A stretch of DNA of 64,000 bases from Paraspadella gotoi (lineage: Eukaryota; Animalia; Chaetognatha): contig CM119266.1 of assembly GCA_051294375.1 (NCBI GenBank), positions 4,320,530 through 4,384,529 of the forward strand, in the 5' to 3' direction. The notes beneath the pieces are model-generated. The model saw only the letters and a program-made list of their open reading frames with translations. It searched no databases and had not been told where the DNA came from. Positions 38,177 to 49,118 of the stretch are shown one piece after another (within the stretch, counting starts at the first letter, position 1; each line of letters begins with the position of its first letter). The translations under genes and the position numbers were made by a program.

Positions 38177-41100
38177 TTATTTTGGCTTCTTCTTTGGTTT
38201 TTGCGATTGTGGGACTTTATTCCAATACTTTTTAACTGTCTTTGAGTAAGCCTTATATTTCTTTTTGTTCTCCCGTCGCAAATCGGGATCAGTTTCCATC
38301 TCAGCTTCACAAATGAAAAAACTCTTCCAGTGGCAGGGATATGAGTACCAAGTCCATTCTGGCTGAAAATTATGTTTTAATAATATAACATTTGTATAAT
38401 AAAATAGATTTACATAGGTCGTGTAATTTGTTGAAGGGATACAGTAACAGTTTTAAGTATTAGTACTTTTAACGGTTCATACTGAGGTTTTGGCAAAAAG
38501 AAATACGAAAGATCATATCCGATATCCGAAAACCTCATCTTATTACAGCCAGATAAGTGAAATAAAAAAAATGTTAAAAGTTAATAATCTCTAGAGTTAT
38601 TGTTATCATAAGTTTTATATTCCCAAAATTTTCCCCTTTTACGTCTTATTATTAATAACTATTGGTATTGCAAAATCTCTAATTTCAAACACCTGGATTC
38701 TTTCATCATAATTTAATCTTTTTGCTTGGTTGAAGTGGGTAGCAAGATTGATGCAAAATGGAACTCTTTCGTTTTCAAGGGCTTGAATATTTTTATTATT
38801 TCTTCTAAAAAAAAAATAATAAAAAGTCTATCCCGTCTTGTTAAATTGTTAATTTCAATCTTACGACTTTTATATTAAACAATTTTTCAGTACTTACGCA
38901 TATAAAGTAAAGTTGCAATGTCTTTCTTGTGGGTTCGCCTCTGGAAAAAAAAAATTCATGAATCTCTAATTGCTTAATGCTGACGTAGATCAGAGAGGAC
39001 TTGCTCATTTGTTTCGACTGGACAATCGATTTAGATTTAGAAAGTTACAAACATGCTTAACGATTGAATTTAATCTAATTTAATTCCATCTAATAGTCTT
39101 ACCTAAAAATTTTTTTGGTGAATCCTCGAGAAAATAATTTCTATAACTTGTAAGGACAATGCTTTCTTCGAGTTCCAAAAGTCTAGGAAAATAAAGATGA
39201 AAGCGTAATAAGTAAGTAATAAGTATTGTCATGTAAAATTTAAAAAAACAGCCCTTTGAATTCAAATAATTTTTAGAGCTGTTGTTTTTCACTTTACGGT
39301 GAAGCTTTGTAAAGTATTCACCTCTTATTTTCTTTTTTTTTCTCGACTTGAAATCGATCTGTCCATACATTATATCGCTTTTCTAAAAGATTAACACGTT
39401 TTTGAGGACTCTCCCGTTCGACATCCCAACATTCCCCAGAAAGTACAACTGTTTTCTTTACGTCTCCTTGAAAAAATTGTGCAATTTTATTTTTTTATTT
39501 TTAATAGATTCATATCAACTAAACCAAATGTTAATGCTATGGTGGACTAAAATCCACCAACCGTTCGTCAGCGGCATTGGTGCCGGAGGCAAGTCATTCG
39601 CCTCCCAACCCAAAGGTCCGGGGTTCTAGCCCGGTGGTCGTCTGGCAGTTAAGAGGGACGGGGCGCTTAACCCGCCTGTAACATGGTGTTACAGCCTGAT
39701 CCGAAGCTCAGGGACTGCTTATATTGACCGGTTCTATCACTAAACACATAACAATATTTACTGTCTCTTCATTGGTGAGCCCGACTTCCGAACACAACAG
39801 CAACAACAACACTTTCAGGCGACATGCCTCAACCTGGCGATGCACTTTCCGCCCACAACACATCAGGCGACATGCCTCAACTTGGTGACGAACTTTCCAC
39901 CAACAACAACAATTCACTGAAGAGATGCAACAGACTTTCCCTTACGGGAGGGGGGGATGTATGGTGGACTAAAATCCATCAACCGTTCATCAGCGGCCAT
40001 TGGTGCTGGAGGCAAGTCATTCGCCTCCAACCCAAAGGTCCGGGTTTCTAGCCCGGTGGTCGTCTGGCAGTTAAGAGGGACGGGGCGCTTAACCCGCCTG
40101 TAACATGGTGTTACAGCCTGATCCGAAGCTCAGGGACTGCTTATATGAACGGTTCTATCACTAACACATAACAATATTTACTGTCTCTTCAATGCTAATG
40201 TAAATGTTATTTCTACATTACAATTGTGCATAATAGTTTTTTGCTAGAATTCTGTGTGTTTTTTGTTTGTGTTTGATGAAAACTTTATACCGGCCTTTGT
40301 TGGTATAGTTTTTTTTGCCGTCGTCCATCGGAAATCATTAAGTCCCGTTTGACAAAATACATTTTGAGGGTAAACATTTGGCGATTTGTCAGTTGTAATC
40401 CACAAATAGTCCATAAAATATGACAATGTTAAATCTTTAGCTGGAAAAAATGAAGAATTAACAAAAATTATTTTAACAAGCAAAAAACATTCAATAACCA
40501 CTTATAAAAAGAGTAAACTGAAGCATAAAAAAGTAAAAAGAACAGCTAAAGAAAATAATACTCTTCATAGAATTGTTACTTACGATAACCATAAATGCAT
40601 TTCCTTCCTCCTATCCAAAATTCATCATCATTGTGGTAAGTAAGGTTTGGTACTTGAAAGCGAAAGCTAAGAAGATAGGAAATTTAAATTAAACTGCACC
40701 ACTATACAAACAGCTTCCGTTATTAAGATCATAGTTTATGTCCAACAGGACGATTGTCAATTATGATTGAGTCACTCAATTTGAGTGACTATTAAGGCGG
40801 AACAAGGTAAAAACTAAGAGTTCTGTCATATAAATAACGTTAAAGCATCCTTGTGGGATAACGGAATTTAAAAAAAAATTAAGATTTTATGTATAGTTAA
40901 TAGTTAATAACTAATAATTAGTTATTAGTTAATAACATAGAAGCATTTAAAGTTTATCGTATTACTATAAATCATGAAAATTTTATATTTCAAATTCAGA
41001 ATTTTTAAAAACGGATATTTGACGAAATAAAAAATAAAACCGTTGATGTAAAAAGACTTTGTCTTTAATCTCAAATAACACAAACACAACGAAAAAAAGA

Positions 41101-44100
41101 TTAATCACAAATATTAAATTGATAAATATTTTTAATGAGCCTTATTCTTCTTTTATTAGAATATATAATTATATTGTAAAACTAACAAGTTTGAGGAAAC
41201 AATTTTGGATCTGCCCACGATTATTATCGGTAATTAATTAATTAATAATTAGATTATTCAAATTAATTAATTAATTAGGCAATTAATTAATTGATCCCAA
41301 ATGTTTGTTTTTAGGTCTTTTCATCACTAACCACGACAAAAGCAATACGACGCAGAGACAGATCACGCTTAATTTCAGGTGCACGAAAAATAAATTATAA
41401 ATAAATAAATTATAAATAAATTATTGTTCATTGAATTTACTTTGTCTGACCGTTTGTACTAACAAGCCATCCCTTTCTGACAATTATGCTGGACAATTAC
41501 ATGCAAAATATGATTCGGCTAGAATGATACAGTAAAATACAGTGTAAAAGTTGAAATTTGGACTAGATACTTTGTTTCTCTGAATTCTTAAACCATAAGC
41601 CATAAACGAGTAAGACGATGGGTACAACTGAAAGTGATATGTCTGTAAATGATAAAAAATATATTTTTATATATATTTTTAATGTGTAACAACGAATTTT
41701 TATTTCATAGGGACATATTTCGACTCTGATGAAGACTCTCAACCACAGAGTCGAAACATGTTCGTATGAAATAAAAATTCGTTGTTACACATTAAAAATC
41801 TGTTATTCCTTAAACACAAACACAACGAAAAAGAAAGAATCACAACAAAGTTTTTATTTTGCAATTTAGGTATTATACAAATAGGATAAATTTAGATACT
41901 CCCGCTTTGCCGAAATTTTTATTTAACAAAGATTTGTACTGCGTAGTTCAAATCCTTAGTTCTCCGATGATAAAAAAAGTTATTTTTTTGCATAACTTTT
42001 GAAAGAAAAGAGATAGGATGGTGGGCGAGGTATCAAATTAAAGCCATAATCATGGGACACCTTTTTGAAATAGTTTTTATAAATTTTATCCAAAAATGTT
42101 AGGACAGGATTTGTTTAAAACCTAGTTAAAAGTATAACAGTTTTTGGAGTTAAAATTTTTTATGAAAGCATATGAATTCTTTTGTTTTTCTTTCGGATTT
42201 GGAAAAAGGAAAGACTGAATTAAACTTTGATTACCAATAAAGCTCTTTTACTCCATAAATTTGCATGTATTTTTTAGTTAAAGTAAAAAAAACAAGCAAA
42301 AATAAATATAGCAGCATGATAAAATGTTATTTTAAATATGTAAAATTATAAATTAAAAGTTATTTTCAGTTTAATATAAACAGTTTGGTTGTCTACCTTT
42401 TTGTTTGTGAAAAAATAATAATCATTTTTCATTATTTTTAATTGGAAACAAAAAGCTTGACCCACTGCTTGTTTATTAAATTTTATTTTATTTTAAGCTT
42501 TTATCATTTTTTTTATATAAAACATCTAATATTCTGAATTTGGGCAAAGCTTTACTTCTTTAAAGATTTGGAAAAAAATATTCGACTTGACCAATAGGGT
42601 GGAGTGATGAAAAGATTGAGCGATGGAACAATATTTTTTTGCTGCCTTTGTATATGTAATAAAAAATAATTAAACCCTTTTTCAAAAAAAATTTGCATAA
42701 CAGTATCATTAATTGATTTTTTTTATAGTAATATCCTTATAAAATTATAAAATTTCAAAATCATATTTTCTTAATTTTAAAAACAGTTTTGGATTTGCCG
42801 GAAAAAACTGAAAAACTTTTGTAAAATATGTTACATGATATTTTTAGGTTAAAGCTGCGAAAAATGATTAAAAAGTTTCATCATATAATAGTTTCTACTA
42901 CAAAGTGTAAAAAAGTAGAGAATTTGACCTTTTTTTCTATTTTTGACGCTGAAGACATTGAAATTTTTAATAACATATTTTATATTTTTGATCTAACTTT
43001 TTGTGAAGAATCAGAATCTTTAACAAAATTTTTTTTAAAAAATTCTTTTGAAAATTTATGATTTTATAAGAATATTACTATAAGTATATTGTAATTAATG
43101 ATACTGTTCCCCAAACAATATAAGCAAAATATTTTTTGTACTCCTTAATCATACTATCTCACGTTTAAATATACTTGTTTGATCACTCAAATAAAATTTA
43201 TGTTCCCCAGTGCTCCACTCTATTGACCAATGGTCATTCAGAATTTTAGTTTTGCATAAAAAATAAAGATATCAAAAAACTAAAAACATCAGATTGTTCC
43301 AAAATCGAATGCCTGGAATCTGATATTTTTTAAAATGCAAAATTTTGGTTCATAGTCTAGATCTAAAATTCTGAACACAAAAATGTTTTTTTAGAAAAAT
43401 GAATTATTCTATCTTTTTCAATAATTAAAAATTAATTAAGCATATTATTCTTGCATATTAAACAGCCAAATTTATCATGCATATTGGCAAAAGAGTGCTT
43501 TTTTGAAAAATCTTTTTGAAAATCTTTGCTGTTGATGATGATGGTCTATTACAATGCACAAGTTCAAATATAGATAAAAAGAAAAAATTCTTTTGTAATT
43601 CTAGTATCATAATTTATTTGTATATTTTGTACTATTCCCAGATAAAAAAATATTTACTAATGGGTCTGAAATATTGTTCTTTTTCTGTAGATAATGAATA
43701 TCTATTGTTAAAGCTCATTATGTACATTCGTAAGGTAACCAAGGCTCTTAACATAATGCTACTACAATTTTTTGTAAGCATTTTTCTGGACTTTTTGTCA
43801 GATTTCTTCTTTTCCTGACCCTATTGCCCTTCTTGTGGGCGGTTGACACTCATGGAGATAGTACCTTAGGTCTCCGAGTACCAAACAACAACTATAGCTA
43901 AAAGATTATGAATCAAATATGGCGACGAGTGAAGTAAAAATGATTATAAGTAGGGTGGGAAGCAAATTAAGCGTGATCTGTCTCTGCGTCATACGAGGAT
44001 GAGAATAATGCCGATAACGATTGACTTGATTGATTGACTTATTAATTAATTATTGATTAATAATTTGATTAATTAAATACATCCTGCATTTACATTTAAT

Positions 44101-45834
44101 ATAAAAGGAAAAAGAAGCATAATCAATTAGTGAAACAGGTTTTTTGTTTTTTCCATTTAAACTCATTTCCACTCAGACGATTCCATCGAAACTTGATTTC
44201 CAGCTTAATCACACACTTTCCTACCCACATACAAAATTCAAGGTGAATCGCCCCATCCACTCATGAGCAATTGGTGTTCAAATAGTGAAATATATTTCTT
44301 TGTTTTTTCCATTTAAACTCATTTCCACTCGGACGATTCATCGAAACTTCATATCCAGCTCAATCACACACTTCCCTACCCACACACAAAATTTCATTCA
44401 AATCCATCCATCCAATCACGAAAAATTGGTGTTTTTTGCTAAGATGGGACGGACGGACGGACATCATTTTTTTTGCATAATTTATCATAATTCGATGTTC
44501 TGACATGATATAAGTGTGTGCCCGACAATATTGAGGGGGCGGACCGACAAAGTGAACTTTTGAGTCGGGATCTGCTGATAAGCAGATCCGACTAAAAACT
44601 CAAATATCTGCGATTCAAACAGCTAAAACATACTTATATTGTTGAAGCCTTGTTAATTGTGCCGCCACTCTATGAAATTCATTTCCAGTTTCCGGAATAA
44701 ACAAGTAGCTTTTTTTAATTTTCTTTCCCGGCTTTACTTTAGTGCCAATAGCAGCATTGTTCAAATTAGATTTCAGTGACTCGCATTCTTTCTTTGCATT
44801 CCACCAAGTTAACCGCTTAGCCTATAATTTCAAGATCAGACAAAGATTATAATCTTTAATAGTGCTGTATTTTTTCCAGTAGCAGCTAAAGAAGTTTTGT
44901 TACACGAATTATTAAATATATTGAAGAGACAGTAGTAATTGTTATGTGTTAGTGACAGAACCGTTCAATATAAGCAGTCCCTGAGCTCCAGATCAGGCTG
45001 TAACACCATGATACAGGCGGTTTAAGCGCCCCGTCCCTCTTAACTGCCAGACGACCACTGGGCTCGAACCCCAGACCTTTGGGTTGGGAGGCGAATGACT
45101 TGCCTCCGGCACCAATGGCCGCTGATGAACGGTTGGTGGATTTTAGTCCACCATAATATATTAAATATTCAGTTAGGTTTTCGGGGAGGTTATAATCTAT
45201 TTTTTGCGCCTTGTCGGTTGTGAGTTCTCAGATGTCACGTAATAAACTTACATTTGGGAGCGTAGCAAACCAATAACAATGAATATTTCCATTCTCATCG
45301 TAATAATAATACCAAGGATCTGTCTTATAAAGTGGGGGACATATAGAAGCACTTGACCCCCCAAACTCCAGCTGGTTAAGATCAATATTAATATTAATAT
45401 TGTAAAGAGCAATATTAATTACACAGAATTTATATATAAGATGCAGCTGTATGTATTGGCAAACAGCTAATAAATTAATTATTTGCAATTGACCTTTGAT
45501 CCTTCACCAATTTCACCTATACCGCCATACAAGATTAAACGGAAACATAAAAAAACTGTAGCAAATATAATCATCCATAAAATTAAAGCCACTATTCTTC
45601 CGGTTAACGGGCTTCCCTAAAATTGATGTATGATGGAATTTTATAAGATATAAATTTGTGAAATGTTTCGAAACTTATTGATATAACCTTGCAACAATTG
45701 TTTCCTTTTTTCTTATCACCAAGCGATTCTTCTACTGTTGGCGTCGGCGATGATCCCCTGACACCATAACGTTTGAGCCGACGAACGGCTGAGGGAGTCG
45801 AACCCTTTGAAGAATCTGATACTGTGGATGACAT
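38177..45834 (-). CDS. Type II transmembrane C-type lectin-like protein, 458 aa, 11 exons, with an expanded CTLD
   Basis: Exons 45834-45688, 45616-45494, 45371-45252, 44821-44634, 40666-40584, 40440-40291, 39466-39322, 39182-39103, 38940-38898, 38804-38693, 38362-38177 all splice GT-AG in phase. TM segment IVALILWMIIFATVFLCFRLILY. CTLD hallmarks CPP..PW..HCYWF, LTWWNAKKEC, YLFIPETGNEF, FWIGG, FCINL, WYSYPC..FFICE. Confidence 0.85.
39538..40191 (+). mobile_element. Miniature non-autonomous LTR retroelement with tRNA-like LTRs, full copy B (in lectin intron 6)
   Basis: LTRs at 39538-39771 and 39960-40191. PBS TGGTGAGCCCGAC at 39773-39785. PPT GGGAGGGGGGGA before the 3' LTR. TSD ATGC on both sides. 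Confidence 0.93.
41183..41348 (-). mobile_element. HINE-like element, first half (interrupted by the 41349-43990 insertion)
   Basis: Starts with terminus AACAAGTTTGAGGAAACAATTTTGGATCTGC. The sequence TTTAGGTCTTTTCATCACT..GACAAAAGCAA matches 6655-6695 and resumes after 43990. Confidence 0.7.
41676..41848 (+). ncRNA. Minimal hammerhead-ribozyme core within a Penelope-like palindromic remnant
   Basis: CTGATGA(41726-41732)-A-GACTCT-caaccac-AGAGTC-GAAA-CATG-TT, inside an inverted repeat with ~52-bp arms (41676-41798), followed by the family tail ACAACGAAAAAGAAAGAATCACAA. Confidence 0.62.
42595..43222 (+). mobile_element. Non-autonomous hAT-type MITE, copy 3
   Basis: TAGGGTGGAG...CTCCACTCTA with perfect 8-bp TSD TTGACCAA. 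Confidence 0.92.
43991..44598 (-). mobile_element. HINE-like element, second half (two core units, GGAC microsatellite, terminal stem-loop)
   Basis: Highly similar to 6720-7545. Ends GTCGGGATCTGCTGATAAGCAGATCCGACTAAAAA. Confidence 0.78.
44922..45155 (-). mobile_element. Solo LTR of the tRNA-like miniature LTR element (lectin intron 3)
   Basis: Single 234-bp unit TATGG...TTCA with TSD ATAT on both sides. The B box reads GGTTCGAGCCC. Confidence 0.92.
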
Positions 45835-46375
45835 GTTTAATCTTTTATTAAAAGCAGTTTTTGAAGGGCATCGAGTATCAGTTAAAACTAAGGTCGTTTC
45901 TCTACTTAGGTTTTTAGTTGCTGTGATGTACATGAAAAGTTACGATCATGATGTTGATCAAAGTCAAGAGCGAAACTGTAAAATATTAGGGAATTACTTG
46001 TTTTTGTGTCTTAGATTTCAAGTTGATAAAAATTGGTAATAATTTGGTAAAATATTGTTATGTATATATTGGTTAAACAATGTCACATCTGATTGTTTTT
46101 AACTTGAAGTCATATAAATAATCTGGAATACTGCGAAATTGCTGCCATTACAATTACGCGCGTTTATTTTCAGCTAATTATCTTTGCTTTTGTTGTCTTC
46201 TCGAAAATACATTGTCATGCAATTACCGATCAGAAAAATCGCTTCTCCAATTGAAATATCTAAAGAATCCAAAATTTTTTTCTCTCTTTTCCAGTTATGT
46301 CCCTTTTTCGTTTATTTGGAAAAGGGAAATTATAAATTGCCAACCATTTAAAATCACGTATAAATCGAAAAAACA

Positions 46376-48317
46376 ATGGAACAAATAATTCAAGAAAATC
46401 AATCTTGCTTTAAATACGAAGTCCAAAAAGTCGAATCGGGTTTGACCCGACAACATCGGTTCCAGAAAGAAAAAGAAAAAGTTAACCAAGACGCGTCGAC
46501 GCAATTCGCGATTTCCAAAGATATCACAAATGAGGCTTGGGATAAAGTTCATATCTACTGGACAAACGTGATCAAATTCTCACTTTTTCACGTCGCCGCG
46601 GTCTATGCCCTGGTCTTCGAGGTGAAAGAGTCAAAATGGAAGACGCTTCTCTGGTCTTATCTTCTTTATCTTTTCGGTAAGACATTTCTCTGGGTTTATT
46701 TGTAAGGCGGGAGGGTTCGTTAAATACAAAAGTTTATTTCAATGCTTTAGGCATGATCGGTGTGACAGCGGGGACGCATCGACTTTGGGCCCATCAAACT
46801 TACAAAGCTAATTTTCCCCTGCGCTTTATATTGGTCTTTCTACAGACCCTGGCTTTCCAGAATGATGTTATAGAATGGGTCAGAGATCATCGTGTTCACC
46901 ACAGATTCAGGTAATTTCTGAAACAGTTATAGACAAATGAATTACTAATAAATTTTAAAACTTACTGTGGTTTACTGTTCAACGTTAGATTTTTTTGGCG
47001 TGATAATACAATAGTGTAACAGAATTTATGACTTTCGTCGATTCTTGTAGCGAAACTGATGCAGACCCTCACAACGCCAAAAGAGGATTTTTCTTTTCCC
47101 ATATCGGTTGGGTTTTACAAAAGAAACATCCCGATGTCACAACAAAAGGAAAGCACGTGGATATAAGTGACCTCTACAGTGACCCACTTCTTGTTATTCA
47201 AAGGTATTACATTTATATTTATAGAGACATTTGTTTTTAATCGCTTTTGACGTTTAAAAAACTTTTTACAATTTTTTATATATTCTTACTTAACCCCTTC
47301 AGTCTAACTATTAAAAAGATGAAATCTGAAATGTTGGTGACAATTATTACCTAAAACTAAGACAGTATGTAAATGGTTTCAGAAAATTTTACAAACCGTT
47401 GGTTGCACTGATATGCTTCATTATGCCTACCGTCGTACCGTATTATTTCTGGAATGAAACTATTTGGAATGCGTAAGTTAAAAAATTTAATTACGACTCT
47501 TTAAAAAGCGTTTCTTTCCATCCATACTTCAGTTTATTTATGTCCATTGTCCATATCTAGTTATTTCGTCGCCGCAATCCTTCGTTATTGCATCTGCCTT
47601 AATTGCACCTTTCTTGTCAACTCTGCGGCGCATCTGTGGGGGACGCGTCCGGTCGATAGGAAGTTGAATCCCGCCGAGAATTTTATAGTCAGTCTCGTCA
47701 CAACTGGGGAAGGATGGCACAATTATCATCATGCATTTCCTCAGGTAGATCTTACGTTTCCGCTCTTGATCGAGAGATAATTGGATAAATCAAATCACAT
47801 TTTTTAATTGGTTTGTTATGTAACATCACTCTACCAGTTTGTTATGAACGCAAATAACTGTTAAATGAGGCAATGAAAGCTGATGGTCAAACTGACTAAA
47901 ATCTGATGAACCTAATAAACTAATGAAAAAAAAAACACTCTTTTATATAGATTCTGTTGCTTTCCTAGTCAAATTTTTTTTACATTTACATATTTTCCAA
48001 TTTTTGACTTTTTTCTTCAACATCTTAATCGAAATTGTTGTAAAATAGTTCCTAAGATTTTTAAAAATACATATATAATATATATTCCTCACAAGGATTA
48101 CTCGGCGGCGGAACTGCGGTTCCCCATAATTTCATGGGCCTTCAACGGAGCGACCCACTTCATCGATTTCATGGAGAAAATCGGTTGGGCGACAGATTTG
48201 CATCGCGTGGATCCTGACATCGTGGAGAGAAGAAAGAAGCGTTGTGGGGATGGAACCACAATGGTGGACAACATCAGCCTCAGATGGAACGGCGCTGAAC
48301 AGTCAAAGAGTGATTGA
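46376..48317 (+). CDS. SCD: Acyl-CoA delta-9 desaturase (stearoyl-CoA desaturase family), 6 exons
   Basis: Exons approx. 46376-46676, 46751-46910, 47051-47202, 47383-47472, 47533-47744, 48096-48317. His boxes GTHRLWAH, DHRVHH and GEGWHNYHH, plus ETDADPHNAKRGFFFSHIGW and VNSAAHLWG. Confidence 0.95.
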
Positions 48318-49118
48318 TGTTTTGACCTCGCAGCGACGTTTTTGATGCCGACTGTGTTACGGTTATGTGGAGAAACGGTAACGTTCGACGGTGTGTGGTT
48401 TTAGTTCGTTGTTGTTAGTTTACGCAAGTAGTATAGCCCCTTACGGAAAGGCTGTTAAGTGCATATAATCTCTAACTTCGTGATAAATAGTTGGAACAAA
48501 CAGAAATCGTTTTTGAGGATTTTGAACATCCATTTATATATTATCTTTAAGTCGGTATTTCCTTTTCTAGACGTTTATACGTATCATCAACGCTTAATCC
48601 TTCAAATTTTGGTTTTCAAAACTTTTAAATGTTATCTATTTTGGCTCTAGAAAGTTACGTTTATACTATTTTAAATGACTTTTGTTTAAATAAATTTGAT
48701 AAGATTATCTACATAGGCCGTTTTATTTTCTTTTTTTGGACTTTCAACAGGTTGTATTTAAAACGGTAATAGAAAAATATTTGGGGTGAAATTTGCCAAA
48801 ATAGTAATCTTTTAAAATTCGTTCATAAGTTAAGCAATGAGTTAAGGGCTCGTAAATCGTGTGGTAAAAGAGTTTACTCTTTTACAAATAATAATTGAAT
48901 GTTTTTTGTTTTTGTTTTTTTATTGACTAGAAAATACTAAAAATAAAATTCGCTACATGACATAACAGAATTTAGTTTTTTTTTACTTCAACTTTTGTTT
49001 CTGTTTAATAACGATTCATGATCCCACACACCTTGCTTTTCCAAGTATTTCTCTTTTAATCAAAAGAATTCATTCAAGGCAATGAGAATTGTGCATTTTC
49101 ATCTATAATCGATGCTAA

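Larger units (their letters stand above)
41349..43990 (-). mobile_element. Decayed TIR DNA transposon (2.6 kb including nested insertions), possibly Tc1/mariner-like
   Basis: Perfect 27-bp TIR GACGCAGAGACAGATCACGCTTAATTT at both ends. The flanks read as an ATAC or a TA duplication. Only broken ORF fragments inside. Confidence 0.8.

Noticed and set aside
39570-39642. Functional tRNA gene
   Set aside because: The anticodon stem does not pair, the anticodon varies between copies, and the sequence is embedded in LTRs. Treated as tRNA-derived.
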